A stretch of 50,908 nucleotides of DNA from Parabacteroides sp. (GCA_051870655.1 JBJECC010000082.1:1-50908); one strand, 5' to 3'. Counted from the first letter of the stretch, positions 17,235-28,134 are shown. The notes: generated from the sequence alone by a model not told the origin. Translations and numbers: made by a program.

Positions 17235-19055
17235 ATGATCAGTGAAACCAGTGAACATATCCGGTCGATCTTGGCGGTGATTCCCGAAAAGCCCGGCTGC
17301 TATCAGTATTTCGACGAGAAGGGAACCATCATCTACGTGGGGAAGGCAAAGAACCTCAAACGGCGGGTCTCCTCCTACTTCACCAAGGAACATGACAACA
17401 ACAAGACGCGGGTCCTGGTGAAGCAGATCCGAGACTTGAAATATATTGTGGTGGACACGGAGGAGGATGCGCTCCTGCTGGAGAACAATCTCATCAAACA
17501 ATACCGTCCGCGCTACAATGTGCTGCTGAAGGACGACAAGACCTATCCCTCGATCGTGGTCAAGAATGAATACTTCCCGCGCGTGTATCAGACGCGCAAC
17601 ATCGTGCGCGACGGATCGCACTATTACGGTCCCTACCCTTCAGTCTATACGGCCAAGGTGATGCTGCAAATGATCAAGGAGCTCTATCCGCTCCGTACCT
17701 GCAAGCATGCTTTGACGCCGGAGTCCATTCGGGAGGGGCGTTTCAAGGTCTGCCTCGAATACCACATCAAACGGTGCAAAGGACCTTGCGAAGGGTTGCA
17801 GAGCATGGAGGAGTATCAGCAGAACATTTCCGTGATCAAAGAGATTCTCCGGGGAAACATTACGCAGGTCAGCAAAGCCCTGTACGAACAGATGCAGGCG
17901 TTGGCTGCGGAGCTGAAATTTGAGGAGGCGCAAAAGATCAAGGAAAAATATGATGCGGTCGAGAACTATCGTTCCAAATCGACCGTGGTGCCGCCCCTGC
18001 TCCACAATATCGATGTCTTCTCATTGGCGGAAAATGACGGCTCGGCCTACATCAATTATCTGCACATCGGCAATGGTGCCATTGTGCAAGCCTATACATT
18101 CGAATATAAGAAGCGGCTGGATGAAACGCGCGAGGAGCTGCTCGCGTTGGGTATCGTGGAGATGCGCGAACGGTTCAAAAGCACGGCGCGGGAGATTATC
18201 CTCCCCTTCCCCATTGAGATCGAATTGGGCCAGGTGAGCATCACGATTCCGCAACGGGGCGACAAGAAGAAACTGCTCGACCTGTCGGAAATGAACGTGA
18301 AGCAGTATAAAGTGGACAAGCTGAAACAGGCGGAGAAGCTGAACCCCGAACAGCGGAACACCCGTCTGCTGAAAGAGATTCAGGAGGCGTTGCATCTGCC
18401 GAAACTGCCGGTGCAGATCGAGTGTTTCGACAATTCCAATTTACAGGGAACGGATGCCGTCGCGGCTTGTGTCGTGTTCAAGATGGGCAAACCCTCCAAA
18501 CAGGATTATCGCAAATATACGATCAAGACCGTAGAGGGACCGGACGATTACGCCTCCATGAAAGAGGTGGTGCGGCGTCGGTACCAGCGGGCTGTCGAGG
18601 AGCAGCTGCCTTTGCCGGACCTGATCATTACGGATGGAGGCAAAGGACAGATGGAGGTGGTGCGTGAAGTCGTGGAAGAGGAATTGCACCTGCAAATCCC
18701 GATTGCCGGACTGGCCAAAGACAACAAGCATCGCACGTCGGAATTGCTGTACGGCTTCCCGCCGGTGACGGTCGGCATGAAACTCAACAGTCCCCTCTTC
18801 CATCTGCTGACGCGGATGCAGGATGAAGTGCACCGTTTCGCCATCACGTTCCATAAAGACAAGCGGAGCAAAAGCCAGACGCGATCCGAATTAGATACAA
18901 TCAAAGGAATCGGGGAAAAGACAAAAGTTGTACTTTTACGGCACTATAAAAGTGTCAAGCGCATCCGGGAGGCCAGTTTTGACGAGCTGAAACAGCTCGT
19001 CGGAGAGGCGAAGGCCCGCGCTTTGACGGATGCTTTTTCAACGCAAACAGCATAA
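17235..19055 (+). CDS. uvrC: Excinuclease ABC subunit C
   Basis: GIY-YIG PGCYQY...IYVGKAKNLKRRVSSYF, IECFDNS, DDYASM, DGGKGQ, RMQDEVHRFA, HhH IKGIGEK. Confidence 0.98.
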   Translation: MISETSEHIRSILAVIPEKPGCYQYFDEKGTIIYVGKAKNLKRRVSSYFTKEHDNNKTRVLVKQIRDLKYIVVDTEEDALLLENNLIKQYRPRYNVLLKDDKTYPSIVVKNEYFPRVYQTRNIVRDGSHYYGPYPSVYTAKVMLQMIKELYPLRTCKHALTPESIREGRFKVCLEYHIKRCKGPCEGLQSMEEYQQNISVIKEILRGNITQVSKALYEQMQALAAELKFEEAQKIKEKYDAVENYRSKSTVVPPLLHNIDVFSLAENDGSAYINYLHIGNGAIVQAYTFEYKKRLDETREELLALGIVEMRERFKSTAREIILPFPIEIELGQVSITIPQRGDKKKLLDLSEMNVKQYKVDKLKQAEKLNPEQRNTRLLKEIQEALHLPKLPVQIECFDNSNLQGTDAVAACVVFKMGKPSKQDYRKYTIKTVEGPDDYASMKEVVRRRYQRAVEEQLPLPDLIITDGGKGQMEVVREVVEEELHLQIPIAGLAKDNKHRTSELLYGFPPVTVGMKLNSPLFHLLTRMQDEVHRFAITFHKDKRSKSQTRSELDTIKGIGEKTKVVLLRHYKSVKRIREASFDELKQLVGEAKARALTDAFSTQTA

Positions 19056-19073
19056 CAGAAAAAAAGAATTGAT

Positions 19074-19526
19074 ATGAAAACAGTGACTCAACGTGTACAA
19101 TATGCCTCGGTGACGATCGACGGTGTGGTGAAATCCAAGATCGGCAAAGGGCTGTTGATTCTGGTGGGAATTGAAGACCGCGACACACAGGAGGACATCG
19201 ACTGGCTCTGCAAGAAGATTTGTCACCTGCGTATTTTTGACGATGAAAACGGGGTCATGAACCGTTCCGTCGTGGATATTGACGGCGAGATTTTAGTCGT
19301 CAGCCAATTCACGCTCCAGGCCTCCACGAAGAAGGGAAACCGTCCCTCCTACATCCGTGCCTCCAAGCCGGAAGTGGCCATTCCGATGTATGAATCCTTC
19401 TGTGCCGAGATGGGCATCCAGCTGGGCAAGGAGGTGCAGACCGGCAGCTTCGGTGCCGATATGAAGGTGGAATTGTTGAACGACGGGCCGGTCACCATCC
19501 TGATCGACTCCCAAAACAAGGAGTGA
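19074..19526 (+). CDS. dtd: D-aminoacyl-tRNA deacylase
   Basis: QRV, LRIFDDENGVMN, VSQFTL, GNRPSY, NDGPVT. Confidence 0.97.
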   Translation: MKTVTQRVQYASVTIDGVVKSKIGKGLLILVGIEDRDTQEDIDWLCKKICHLRIFDDENGVMNRSVVDIDGEILVVSQFTLQASTKKGNRPSYIRASKPEVAIPMYESFCAEMGIQLGKEVQTGSFGADMKVELLNDGPVTILIDSQNKE

Positions 19527-19528
19527 AT

Positions 19529-19870
19529 ATGGCAACGGAAATAACCCTCAAAGAGGCACAGGCGCAGGTGGACCATTGGATCAAGACCTATGGGGTGCGC
19601 TACTTCAACGAGCTTACCAATATGACCATCCTCACCGAGGAGGTGGGTGAACTGGCGCGTATCATGGCACGCACGTATGGCGAACAGTCGTTCAAGGAGA
19701 GTGACAAGCATCGGGACTTGGGCGATGAGATGGCCGACGTCCTGTGGGTGCTGATCTGTCTGGCCAACCAGACAGGGGTCGATCTGACGGAGGCATTTGA
19801 AAAGAATCTGCGGAAAAAGACCGATCGAGATAAGGAAAGACATATCCACAACAAAAAATTAGAGGCATAA
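19529..19870 (+). CDS. MazG-like nucleotide pyrophosphohydrolase (YpjD-like)
   Basis: LTEEVGELAR...LGDEMADVLWVLICLANQTGVDL. Confidence 0.9.
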   Translation: MATEITLKEAQAQVDHWIKTYGVRYFNELTNMTILTEEVGELARIMARTYGEQSFKESDKHRDLGDEMADVLWVLICLANQTGVDLTEAFEKNLRKKTDRDKERHIHNKKLEA

Positions 19871-19872
19871 AT

Positions 19873-20784
19873 ATGGCATTGGAATTTACACATGATCCCG
19901 AACTGGAACAGCAATACGGACAGTCGGACAAATATCATGACGCATTGAAGAAGTTTGCTCCGGCTCTTTCAGACAGCGAGACTACGCAAACAGTGGAGGC
20001 GCTGTTGGAAAAGAATGCGGCGAAAAACAGGACTGAGGAGGTGTTGAAGAAAATACATGGTTGCATTGACCTCACCTCCCTGACCTCTTTGGACACGAAA
20101 GAGACGATCTGGAACATGGTGGACAGCGTGAACGATTATGAGGGGACACGTCCTGACGTGCCGAGTGTGGCGGCGATCTGCACCTACCCCAATTTTGTGG
20201 AGACCGTGAAACAGGCGTTGACGGCGCAGGAGGTGAAAATTGCTGCCGTGTGCGGTGGGTTCCCCTCTTCCCAGACCTTTGTGGAAATCAAGATAGCTGA
20301 GGTCGGCATGGCGGTCATGCAGGGGGCTGATGAGATCGACGTGGTGCTCAATCTGGGCTATTTCATGGAGGATAATTATGAGGAATTGTCCGATGAATTG
20401 GACGAAATTAAGGAGGCTTGCCGGGATGCCCGGTTGAAGGTGATCCTGGAGACGGGTGCCTTGGCCACGATGGAGAATATCCGGAAGGCGGCCATTCTGG
20501 CCCTCTACAGCGGAGCGGATTTCATCAAGACTTCGACCGGCAAAGGATACCCCGGTGCCACGCCCGAGGCTGTCTATACGATGTGTAAGGTGATTCGTGA
20601 ATATCATGAACTGACCGGCCGGAAAGCAGGAATCAAAGTGTCCGGCGGCGTGCGTTCGGCAGAAGAGGCGGTGCGTTACTACACGATTGTCGAGTCTGTC
20701 TTGGGCAGTGAATGGCTCAACCGCGATCTCTTCCGGATCGGTGCCAGCAGCCTGGTTGGCGACATTGAAAAGCATCTTCTCTAA
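19873..20784 (+). CDS. deoC: Deoxyribose-phosphate aldolase
   Basis: IDLTSL, GFP, GADEIDVV, LKVILETG, ADFIKTSTGK, GIKVSGGVR, FRIGASSL. Confidence 0.95.
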   Translation: MALEFTHDPELEQQYGQSDKYHDALKKFAPALSDSETTQTVEALLEKNAAKNRTEEVLKKIHGCIDLTSLTSLDTKETIWNMVDSVNDYEGTRPDVPSVAAICTYPNFVETVKQALTAQEVKIAAVCGGFPSSQTFVEIKIAEVGMAVMQGADEIDVVLNLGYFMEDNYEELSDELDEIKEACRDARLKVILETGALATMENIRKAAILALYSGADFIKTSTGKGYPGATPEAVYTMCKVIREYHELTGRKAGIKVSGGVRSAEEAVRYYTIVESVLGSEWLNRDLFRIGASSLVGDIEKHLL

Positions 20785-20830
20785 AAACGGAACGGGGTCC
20801 TTGACCGATGCGTATCAAGGACCCCGTTTC
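20785..20830. terminator. Terminator hairpin between convergent deoC and polA
   Basis: AACGGGGTCCTTGA-N10-TCAAGGACCCCGTT perfect 14-bp stem (20791-20828). Confidence 0.8.
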
Positions 20831-20834
20831 CCTA

Positions 20835-23600
20835 TCAGTGAGCCTCCATCCAGCTCCTCCCCTCCCCGCAGTCCGCTATGAGCGGCACTTGCAGATGGAT
20901 GGCATTTTCCATCTCTTCGAGAACGATCTGTTTGACCTGTGCCAACTCCTCGTTCGGCACATTGAAGTTGAGTTCGTCGTGTACTTGCAGGATCATCTGA
21001 CTGCGCAATCCCTCTTCGGTGAATCGCCGGTGAATACGGATCATGGCCACTTTGATGATGTCTGCCGCGCTCCCTTGGATCGGCGCGTTGATGGCATTTC
21101 GCTCCGCATAGCCACGCACCACGGCATTGTGCGAATGGATGTCGGGCAGATACCGTCTCCGCTTGAAGATCGTCTCCACATATCCCTTTTCTTTGGCCAC
21201 GCGGATGCTCTCGTCCATGTAGGCACGGATCTGCGGGTAGCTCCGGAAATAACCATCGATTAATTCTTTTGACTCGCCACGGGAAATGCCGAGCCGTTCC
21301 GCCAGGCCGAAGACAGAGATGCCGTAGATGATGCCGAAGTTGGCTGTCTTCGCTTTTCTACGCATGTCCGCTGTCACCTCCTCCACCGGCAGATTGTAGA
21401 TCTTGGCAGCCGTGGCCGCATGGATGTCGGCACCGCTTCGGAAGGCGGCAATCATGTGCTCGTCTTGGCTCAGGTGTGCCATGATGCGCAATTCGATCTG
21501 GGAATAGTCCGCCGAGAAGAAAGTGCACCGGTCGTTTTCTGCCGTGAAGGCTTTCCGGATCTCGCGGCCCAATTCATCCCGCACCGGAATATTCTGCAAG
21601 TTCGGATTGGTGGAGCTGAGCCGGCCGGTGGCTGTCACCGCCTGGTTGAACGACGTGTGGATTTTGCCTGTCTCCGGATTGATCAGCTGTGGCAGGGCGT
21701 CGATGTATGTACTCAATAATTTCTTGAGCTGGCGATAGGCCAACAGCTTCCCGATGATCGGATGCTTGTCGCGTAACTTCTCCAGCACCTCTTCGCTTGT
21801 GCTGTAACCGCCCGTTTTGGTCTTCTTCGCTTTCTCGTCCAGTTTGAGCTGGTCAAACAGGATCTCTCCCACCTGTTTTGTCGAGTTCACATTGAAGGTC
21901 TGTCCTGCCAAGGTGTGAATCTCCGCCTCCAGCTGGTTCATCTGTGCCGTCAGCTCCTCCGACGATTGTCGGAGCGCTTCCGTATCGACCGTCACACCGG
22001 CTGCCTCCATGTCGGCCAAGACATAGATCAGCGGCATCTCAATTTCCGTGAACAGTTTCTCGACCGACTCCTGGGGCAAGAGCGGCTCAAAGTAATTCTT
22101 CAATTGAAGGGTGATGTCGGCATCCTCTGCGGCATACTCGGCCACCTGTTCCACCGGCACCTGCCGCATCGTCAGCTGCTTCTTCCCTTTCGGGCCGATC
22201 AGCTCCTCGATGTGGACGGTCTGATAATGGAGATAGGTTTCGGCCAGGTAATCCATGCCGTGGCGTAACTCCGGATTGAGCAGATAGTGGGCGATCATCG
22301 TGTCGAACAACTGGCCTGCCACTCGCACCCCATATTTGCGGAGCACTAAGATGTCGAACTTGATGTTCTGCCCGATCTTTTGTATCTGCGGATTTTGCAA
22401 GGCGCCGGCAAAACGCTCCACAGTGGCTTGGGCAGCCTCCCGATCGGCAGGAACCGGCACATACCAGGCCTCTCCTGCCTTCACGGCGAACGACATGCCG
22501 ACCAATCCGGCCTTCAAAGGCTCTACGCTGTCTGTCTCCGTGTCAAAAGCAAAAAATTTCTGTCCCTCTAAGAAGCGGGCTAAATCGGCCTGTTTTTTCT
22601 CATTATCAGCGAGATAGTATGTGTGTGGAGTCGATTTTAAGTCCGTGAGAGTTGAATATTTGGAATCGTCCGTCCCCTCGGTCGGAAATAAATCAAAGAG
22701 CGAGCCTTGAACCGGACCCTGCGGAGCGGCCTTTTTTTCCTCCGGGAACAGTTTGTTAATGAAAGTTCTAAATTCCAAATCAGTATAAATGTCCTTCAGC
22801 CGCTCCTTGTCGGGTTCCCGACGCAGATACTGATTGGCCTCAAAGGTGATGGGCACGTCGGTGCGGATCGTGGCCAGGAATTTGGAGAAACGGATCTGCT
22901 CCGCGTTCTCCTCCACCTTCCGTTTTTGTGCTCCTTTCAACTGATCCGTGTGGGCCAACAGATTTTCGATGGAACCGAATTGGTCGAGTAGCTTGGCGGC
23001 TGTCTTCTCCCCTACCCCGGGACAACCCGGGATGTTGTCGGCCGTGTCGCCCATCAATCCCAACAGGTCGATGACCTGCTCCGTGGAGTGCAGCCCATAT
23101 TTTTCCAGTACCTCCGGCACACCGAGCACTTCATAGTCTCCGCCGAATTTCGGACGATACATATAAATATGGTCTGCCACCAACTGTCCGTAGTCCTTGT
23201 CGGGTGTCATCATATAGACATCGAATCCCTGCGCTGCCGCCTGCTTGGAGAGCGTGCCGATCACGTCGTCCGCTTCAAAGCCTGCCACCTCCACGATCGG
23301 GATGTTGTAAGCCTGGATAATCTCCTTGATGATGGGAACGGATTGCCGGATCACCTCCGGCGTCTCTTCCCGCTGTGCCTTGTACTGCTCGTAGGCCTCG
23401 TGCCGGAACGTCGGGCCGCTCGGGTCGAAGCCGATCGCGACATGAGTAGGATTCTCACGCTTCAATACATCTTCCAGGCTGTTGACGAATCCGAACACAG
23501 CTGACGTATTGACTCCCTTCGAATTGATCCGAGGGGCCTTCAAAAAGGCGTAATAGGAACGATAAATGAGCGCATAAGCGTCTATTAGAAATAACTTCAT
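20835..23600 (-). CDS. polA: DNA polymerase I
   Basis: 5'-3' exonuclease LIDAYALIYRSYYA/EADDVIGTL, AFDTET, TGRLSSTNPNLQNIP, ADYSQIELR, RRKAKTANFGIIYG, LQVHDEL. Confidence 0.98.
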   Translation of the reverse strand: MKLFLIDAYALIYRSYYAFLKAPRINSKGVNTSAVFGFVNSLEDVLKRENPTHVAIGFDPSGPTFRHEAYEQYKAQREETPEVIRQSVPIIKEIIQAYNIPIVEVAGFEADDVIGTLSKQAAAQGFDVYMMTPDKDYGQLVADHIYMYRPKFGGDYEVLGVPEVLEKYGLHSTEQVIDLLGLMGDTADNIPGCPGVGEKTAAKLLDQFGSIENLLAHTDQLKGAQKRKVEENAEQIRFSKFLATIRTDVPITFEANQYLRREPDKERLKDIYTDLEFRTFINKLFPEEKKAAPQGPVQGSLFDLFPTEGTDDSKYSTLTDLKSTPHTYYLADNEKKQADLARFLEGQKFFAFDTETDSVEPLKAGLVGMSFAVKAGEAWYVPVPADREAAQATVERFAGALQNPQIQKIGQNIKFDILVLRKYGVRVAGQLFDTMIAHYLLNPELRHGMDYLAETYLHYQTVHIEELIGPKGKKQLTMRQVPVEQVAEYAAEDADITLQLKNYFEPLLPQESVEKLFTEIEMPLIYVLADMEAAGVTVDTEALRQSSEELTAQMNQLEAEIHTLAGQTFNVNSTKQVGEILFDQLKLDEKAKKTKTGGYSTSEEVLEKLRDKHPIIGKLLAYRQLKKLLSTYIDALPQLINPETGKIHTSFNQAVTATGRLSSTNPNLQNIPVRDELGREIRKAFTAENDRCTFFSADYSQIELRIMAHLSQDEHMIAAFRSGADIHAATAAKIYNLPVEEVTADMRRKAKTANFGIIYGISVFGLAERLGISRGESKELIDGYFRSYPQIRAYMDESIRVAKEKGYVETIFKRRRYLPDIHSHNAVVRGYAERNAINAPIQGSAADIIKVAMIRIHRRFTEEGLRSQMILQVHDELNFNVPNEELAQVKQIVLEEMENAIHLQVPLIADCGEGRSWMEAH

Positions 23601-23701
23601 TTGCTTTTAACACGTTTTAGTGGCACAAAATCTGGGTAAATGTACGAAAAAACTCGCTTAGTCGATACTTTTTGTTACTTTTGCGCATCTTTGCCAAATT
23701 T

Positions 23702-24673
23702 ATGATGGATATAAAAATTATAGAGGAACCTGTAGCTGCTGAATTAAAGCGCTTCAATGACGAGTTCCAGGCTTCACTCCAAAGCGAGACCCGCCTGTTG
23801 CAATCCGCTATTGAAACGATTCTGCAATCGACCGGGAAACATGTGCGTCCGCTGTTGCTGCTGCTCTCCGCCAAGGCGTGCGGGCAAGTGACGGATCAGA
23901 CCATCAACTCGGCGGTGCTGGTTGAGCAGCTGCATACGGCTACGCTGATTCACGATGATGTGGTGGATGAGACGAAGCAGCGCCGGGGTGTGCCATCTTT
24001 GAATGCGATTTATGACAATCGTGTCTCTGTGTTGGTCGGAGACTTCTTTCTGGCTTCCGCTTTGATCCGTTCCATTCAGACCGGCAATCTGCGTATTGTG
24101 GGCATCATTTCCCATTTGGGACAGGATCTCTCCGAAGGTGAAATCAAGCAGCTGGAAACGGCTGAAGAGAGCATCCTTGACGAGGCATGCTATATGCAGG
24201 TGATCCGGAAGAAGACCGCCATGCTGCTTTCGGGCTGTGCGGAGATCGGCGCCTTGTCAGCTCATGCCGACGAGAAATGGGTCGAGCTGTGCCGTAATTA
24301 TGGGGAGAATCTGGGATATGCTTTCCAGATCAAAGATGATATCTTCGACTATTTCAAAGAATCGAACATCGGCAAGCCGACCGGCAATGACATCCGCGAG
24401 GGGAAAGTGACGCTTCCGCTGCTGTATGCCTTGCGCCAGGGCGGTCCGGAAGCAGCCCGTTTCACGGAGATGATCCGTCAGAAGGATTTTACGGCCGATC
24501 ATGTCGATGCCTTGATTGCCTTTGCCAAGGAAAAGGGGGGCATTGAATATGCCGAGAGCCGCATGCATCATTATGGCCGGATGGCCGTCGAACAGATTGG
24601 CCAGTTGCCCGCTTCCGCGGCACGGCAGGCATTGATCCAATTGGCCTCTTACATTGTGGAACGCAAAAAATAA
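23702..24673 (+). CDS. ispB: Polyprenyl (octaprenyl-like) diphosphate synthase
   Basis: GKHVRP, LIHDDVVD..RRG, KKTA, FQIKDDIFD, GNDIREGKVTLP. Confidence 0.9.
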   Translation: MMDIKIIEEPVAAELKRFNDEFQASLQSETRLLQSAIETILQSTGKHVRPLLLLLSAKACGQVTDQTINSAVLVEQLHTATLIHDDVVDETKQRRGVPSLNAIYDNRVSVLVGDFFLASALIRSIQTGNLRIVGIISHLGQDLSEGEIKQLETAEESILDEACYMQVIRKKTAMLLSGCAEIGALSAHADEKWVELCRNYGENLGYAFQIKDDIFDYFKESNIGKPTGNDIREGKVTLPLLYALRQGGPEAARFTEMIRQKDFTADHVDALIAFAKEKGGIEYAESRMHHYGRMAVEQIGQLPASAARQALIQLASYIVERKK

Positions 24674-24686
24674 GCGGATACAATAC

Positions 24687-25673
24687 ATGAAATGGACGAC
24701 AGAGGTCCGGATGGAAAAGGGAAAATTCCTTTTTTCCCATGAGGACCGGATTCTGATGCTGGGTTCCTGTTTTGTGGAAAACATCGGCGCAAGACTGACC
24801 GACCATGCCTTTCAAGTCGATCTGAATCCCTTTGGTACATTATATAATCCGGCTTCCGTGGCCATGGCGTTGCGGCGGCTGTTGCAGCCTGCGCCTTTTG
24901 AGCGCTCTGATCTCTTTCAGGCGGGCGGGCTCTTTCATAGCTATGCCCATCACAGCCGCTTCTCCTCTCCTACCGAGGCCGGATGTCTGCAACAAATCAA
25001 CGGGCGTCTGCAACATTCGTCGAAATGGCTCCGCGAGGCGACGCGGTTGGTGGTGACGTTCGGCACGGCCTATGCCTATCGGCTGAAGAGTACAGGCGCG
25101 GTTGTCGCCAACTGCCACAAACAACCCGACCGGCTTTTCGAACGCGAGCGGCTCTCTGTCGATGCGATTGTCGCCGACTGGCAGGCGCTTCTCACCGAGC
25201 TGAAAGCCGTATGTCCGCAACTGAAGGTCCTGTTCACCGTCAGCCCCATCCGGCATTGGAAAGATGGAGCGCACGGCAATCAGTTGAGCAAGGCGACACT
25301 CCTGCTGGCCGTTGATCAGCTATGCCGGATTTTTACCGATGAAACCGCCTATTTTCCTGCTTACGAACTCCTGTTGGATGAACTGCGCGACTACCGCTTT
25401 TATGCGGACGACCTGTTGCATCCTTCCGATTTGGCCATTGAATATATCTGGCAACGTTTTGCCGAGCAGTCCTTTTCATCCGACACGCGTAAGCTGGCGG
25501 AGGCCTGTCAGTCGGTGAGGCGGGCACTGGCCCACAAACCCTTCCAACCCGGCAGTGAAGCGCATCGCCAGTTCATAATGCAAACTTTGTTAAGAATAGA
25601 GCGGATTCGTGAGAAAATACCGTTATTTGCAATAAATGAAGAAAAAGAGTTGAGAAGCAACTATGGAGTATAA
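24687..25673 (+). CDS. GSCFA-family protein (SGNH-like, function unknown)
   Basis: MLGSCFVENIG, NPFGTLYNP, VANCHK, FTVSPIRH, YFPAYE..LDELRDYRFY..D.LHP. Confidence 0.9.
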   Translation: MKWTTEVRMEKGKFLFSHEDRILMLGSCFVENIGARLTDHAFQVDLNPFGTLYNPASVAMALRRLLQPAPFERSDLFQAGGLFHSYAHHSRFSSPTEAGCLQQINGRLQHSSKWLREATRLVVTFGTAYAYRLKSTGAVVANCHKQPDRLFERERLSVDAIVADWQALLTELKAVCPQLKVLFTVSPIRHWKDGAHGNQLSKATLLLAVDQLCRIFTDETAYFPAYELLLDELRDYRFYADDLLHPSDLAIEYIWQRFAEQSFSSDTRKLAEACQSVRRALAHKPFQPGSEAHRQFIMQTLLRIERIREKIPLFAINEEKELRSNYGV

Positions 25674-28134
25674 GATTTATGAGATTGCCAATGCTTTGGG
25701 TATCCGAAAAGATCGTTTGCACGATGACTCTGTCAGCATTCTGTTGACGGATAGCCGTCGGTTGTCGTTACCGGAAGAAAGCCTCTTTTTTGCCCTCAAG
25801 ACAAAGACGAACGATGGGCATCGTTATGTGGCTGACCTCTATCGGTTGCGTGTGCGTAATTTCGTGATCAGTGAATGGCATCCTGAATATGATCAAATGA
25901 AAGAGGCCAACTTTTTGCAGGTGAAAGATACGTTGAAGGCCCTGCAGAAACTGGCATCCTATCACCGGGCCAAGTTCAATATTCCTGTGGTCGGTATTAC
26001 GGGCAGCAACGGAAAGACCGTGGTGAAGGAGTTTTTGTATCAGTTGTTGCACAATGATTTCCACATTGTCCGTTCGCCCCGCAGCTATAATTCGCAGTTG
26101 GGGGTTCCCCTGTCGGTGTGGCAGATGAACGACAAACATACGTTGGGCATTTTTGAAGCGGGCATTTCGCAGCCCGACGAGATGGAGCGGCTGCAGCCCA
26201 TGATTGCACCGACGATCGGTGTGATTACGAACATCGGCGAGGCTCATCAGGAAAACTTTATCTCTGCGGTCCAGAAGTGTCAGGAGAAGCTGATGCTTTT
26301 CAAGGATTGCGATGCCTTGGTGTATAATGGGGATGATGCCTTCCTGGCCAGTTGTGTGGAATCGGCTTGCCTTTCCCACAAGGCGTTGGTGTGGAGCCGT
26401 ACCGATTCGGAAGCTCCGCTGTTCATCGAGTCGATCCGGAAAGAGAGTGACCAGACGGTCATTACCTGTACGCTGTTGGGCTTTACCAAAGTGATCACGA
26501 TCCCGTTCACTGACGATGCCTCGATCGAGAATGTGATACAGTGCATCGCTGTGATGGCCTATTTGAAACCGACCAGTGTGAACGATCTGGAGAAGTTCCG
26601 CCGCCTGGAACCGGTTGATATGCGCCTCAACGTCAAGCAGGGCATTCACAACTGTTTGCTCATCAATGATACATACAATTCCGATATCAATTCCTTGGAC
26701 ATTGCGTTGGATTTCCAGCAGAGCCGGTTGGTCGGCAAGAATCTGAAGACGACCCTCATTCTGTCCGATATCCTGCAATCGGGCACATTGCCCAAGTCCC
26801 TGTATAAGAAAGTGGCCGATCTTGTCCACCGTAAAAAGGTGGATCGGATTATCGGTATCGGACGGGATCTCAAAGAGTATGGCTCCGTGTTCAATACGGC
26901 GGAGAAGGAGTTTTATTTGACAACCGACGAGTTCCTTCATTCTCCCTCGTTCCACCGTTTCCGCGATGAGCTGATTCTGATCAAAGGCTCACGCCGTTTC
27001 CATTTTGAGCGGATCTCCGATCTTTTGGAGAAGAAGGTCCATGAGACGATCTTGGAGGTCAATCTGGATGCCATTGCACACAATTTCAATTTCTACCGGT
27101 CGAAACTGAAGCCGGAGACAAAGATGGTGTGTATGGTGAAGGCCTCTGCGTATGGAGCCGGTTCGTATGAGCTGGCCAAGACATTGCAGGAGCATCGGTG
27201 TGACTATCTGGCCGTGGCCGTGGCCGACGAGGGTGCGGAGTTGCGCAAGGAGGGCATCACGATCCCGATCACTGTGATGAATCCGGAGATGAGCAGTTTC
27301 AATGTGTTGTTCGAGAATCACCTGGAACCGGAGGTGTACAGCTTCCGGATGCTGGATGCGCTGGTCTATGAGACGGAGCGGCGAGGCATTACGGACTATC
27401 CGATCCATATCAAGATAGACACGGGCATGCACCGTTTGGGCTTCCAGCCTGCAGATGTACCGGAGGTCTGCCGTCGCTTGAAACAGCAGGCCGGTGTGAC
27501 GGCCCGTTCTGTCTTCTCTCATTTGGTGGGCAGCGATTCCCCGATTTTCGATGACTTCACCCATCGTCAGCTGGAGATTTTCCAGCAGGCTGCCGCCCAA
27601 CTGGAGGCCGGTCTGGAGCGGAAAGTGATCAAACATATTTTGAATACAGCCGGGATCGAGCGGTTTGCCGGCTATCAGATGGACATGGTTCGTTTGGGTA
27701 TCGGCCTGTATGGCGTCAGTGCCTCCGGATTGAAGGGACTGAAGAATGTCAGTACGCTGAAAACGACCATTCTGCAGATCCAACAGGTACCGAAGGGCGA
27801 TTCCATCGGATACAGCCGGAAGAGTTATGTGGAGCGTGATTCCCGGATTGCCATCATCCCGATTGGCTATGCCGATGGTCTGGACCGTCTGCTCAGCAAC
27901 GGAAAGGGTGAAGTGCTGATCAGCGGCCACCGCTGTCCGATTGTAGGAAACATCTGCATGGATGCCTGCATGATCGATGTGACCGACACCGATGCCCAAG
28001 AGGGGGATTCCGTCGAGCTGTTTGGCGAGGGACTTTCTGTGTGCGAGCTGGCCGACAAGCTCAAAACCATTCCTTATGAAATACTGACCTCTGTTTCCCC
28101 GCGTGTGAAACGGATCTATTATAGAGAATTATAA
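25663..28134 (+). CDS. alr: Bifunctional MurF ligase / alanine racemase
   Basis: N-terminal MurF (GITGSNGKT, SYNSQLGVP, LINDTYN, LIKGSR) fused to Alr (MVKASAYGAG, HIKIDTGMHRLG, MVRLGIGLYG, PIGYADG, VGNICMD). Confidence 0.95.
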   Translation: MEYKIYEIANALGIRKDRLHDDSVSILLTDSRRLSLPEESLFFALKTKTNDGHRYVADLYRLRVRNFVISEWHPEYDQMKEANFLQVKDTLKALQKLASYHRAKFNIPVVGITGSNGKTVVKEFLYQLLHNDFHIVRSPRSYNSQLGVPLSVWQMNDKHTLGIFEAGISQPDEMERLQPMIAPTIGVITNIGEAHQENFISAVQKCQEKLMLFKDCDALVYNGDDAFLASCVESACLSHKALVWSRTDSEAPLFIESIRKESDQTVITCTLLGFTKVITIPFTDDASIENVIQCIAVMAYLKPTSVNDLEKFRRLEPVDMRLNVKQGIHNCLLINDTYNSDINSLDIALDFQQSRLVGKNLKTTLILSDILQSGTLPKSLYKKVADLVHRKKVDRIIGIGRDLKEYGSVFNTAEKEFYLTTDEFLHSPSFHRFRDELILIKGSRRFHFERISDLLEKKVHETILEVNLDAIAHNFNFYRSKLKPETKMVCMVKASAYGAGSYELAKTLQEHRCDYLAVAVADEGAELRKEGITIPITVMNPEMSSFNVLFENHLEPEVYSFRMLDALVYETERRGITDYPIHIKIDTGMHRLGFQPADVPEVCRRLKQQAGVTARSVFSHLVGSDSPIFDDFTHRQLEIFQQAAAQLEAGLERKVIKHILNTAGIERFAGYQMDMVRLGIGLYGVSASGLKGLKNVSTLKTTILQIQQVPKGDSIGYSRKSYVERDSRIAIIPIGYADGLDRLLSNGKGEVLISGHRCPIVGNICMDACMIDVTDTDAQEGDSVELFGEGLSVCELADKLKTIPYEILTSVSPRVKRIYYREL

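Noticed and set aside
25663-28134. MurF-Alr fusion as a novelty
   Set aside because: A known, widespread Bacteroidetes fusion.
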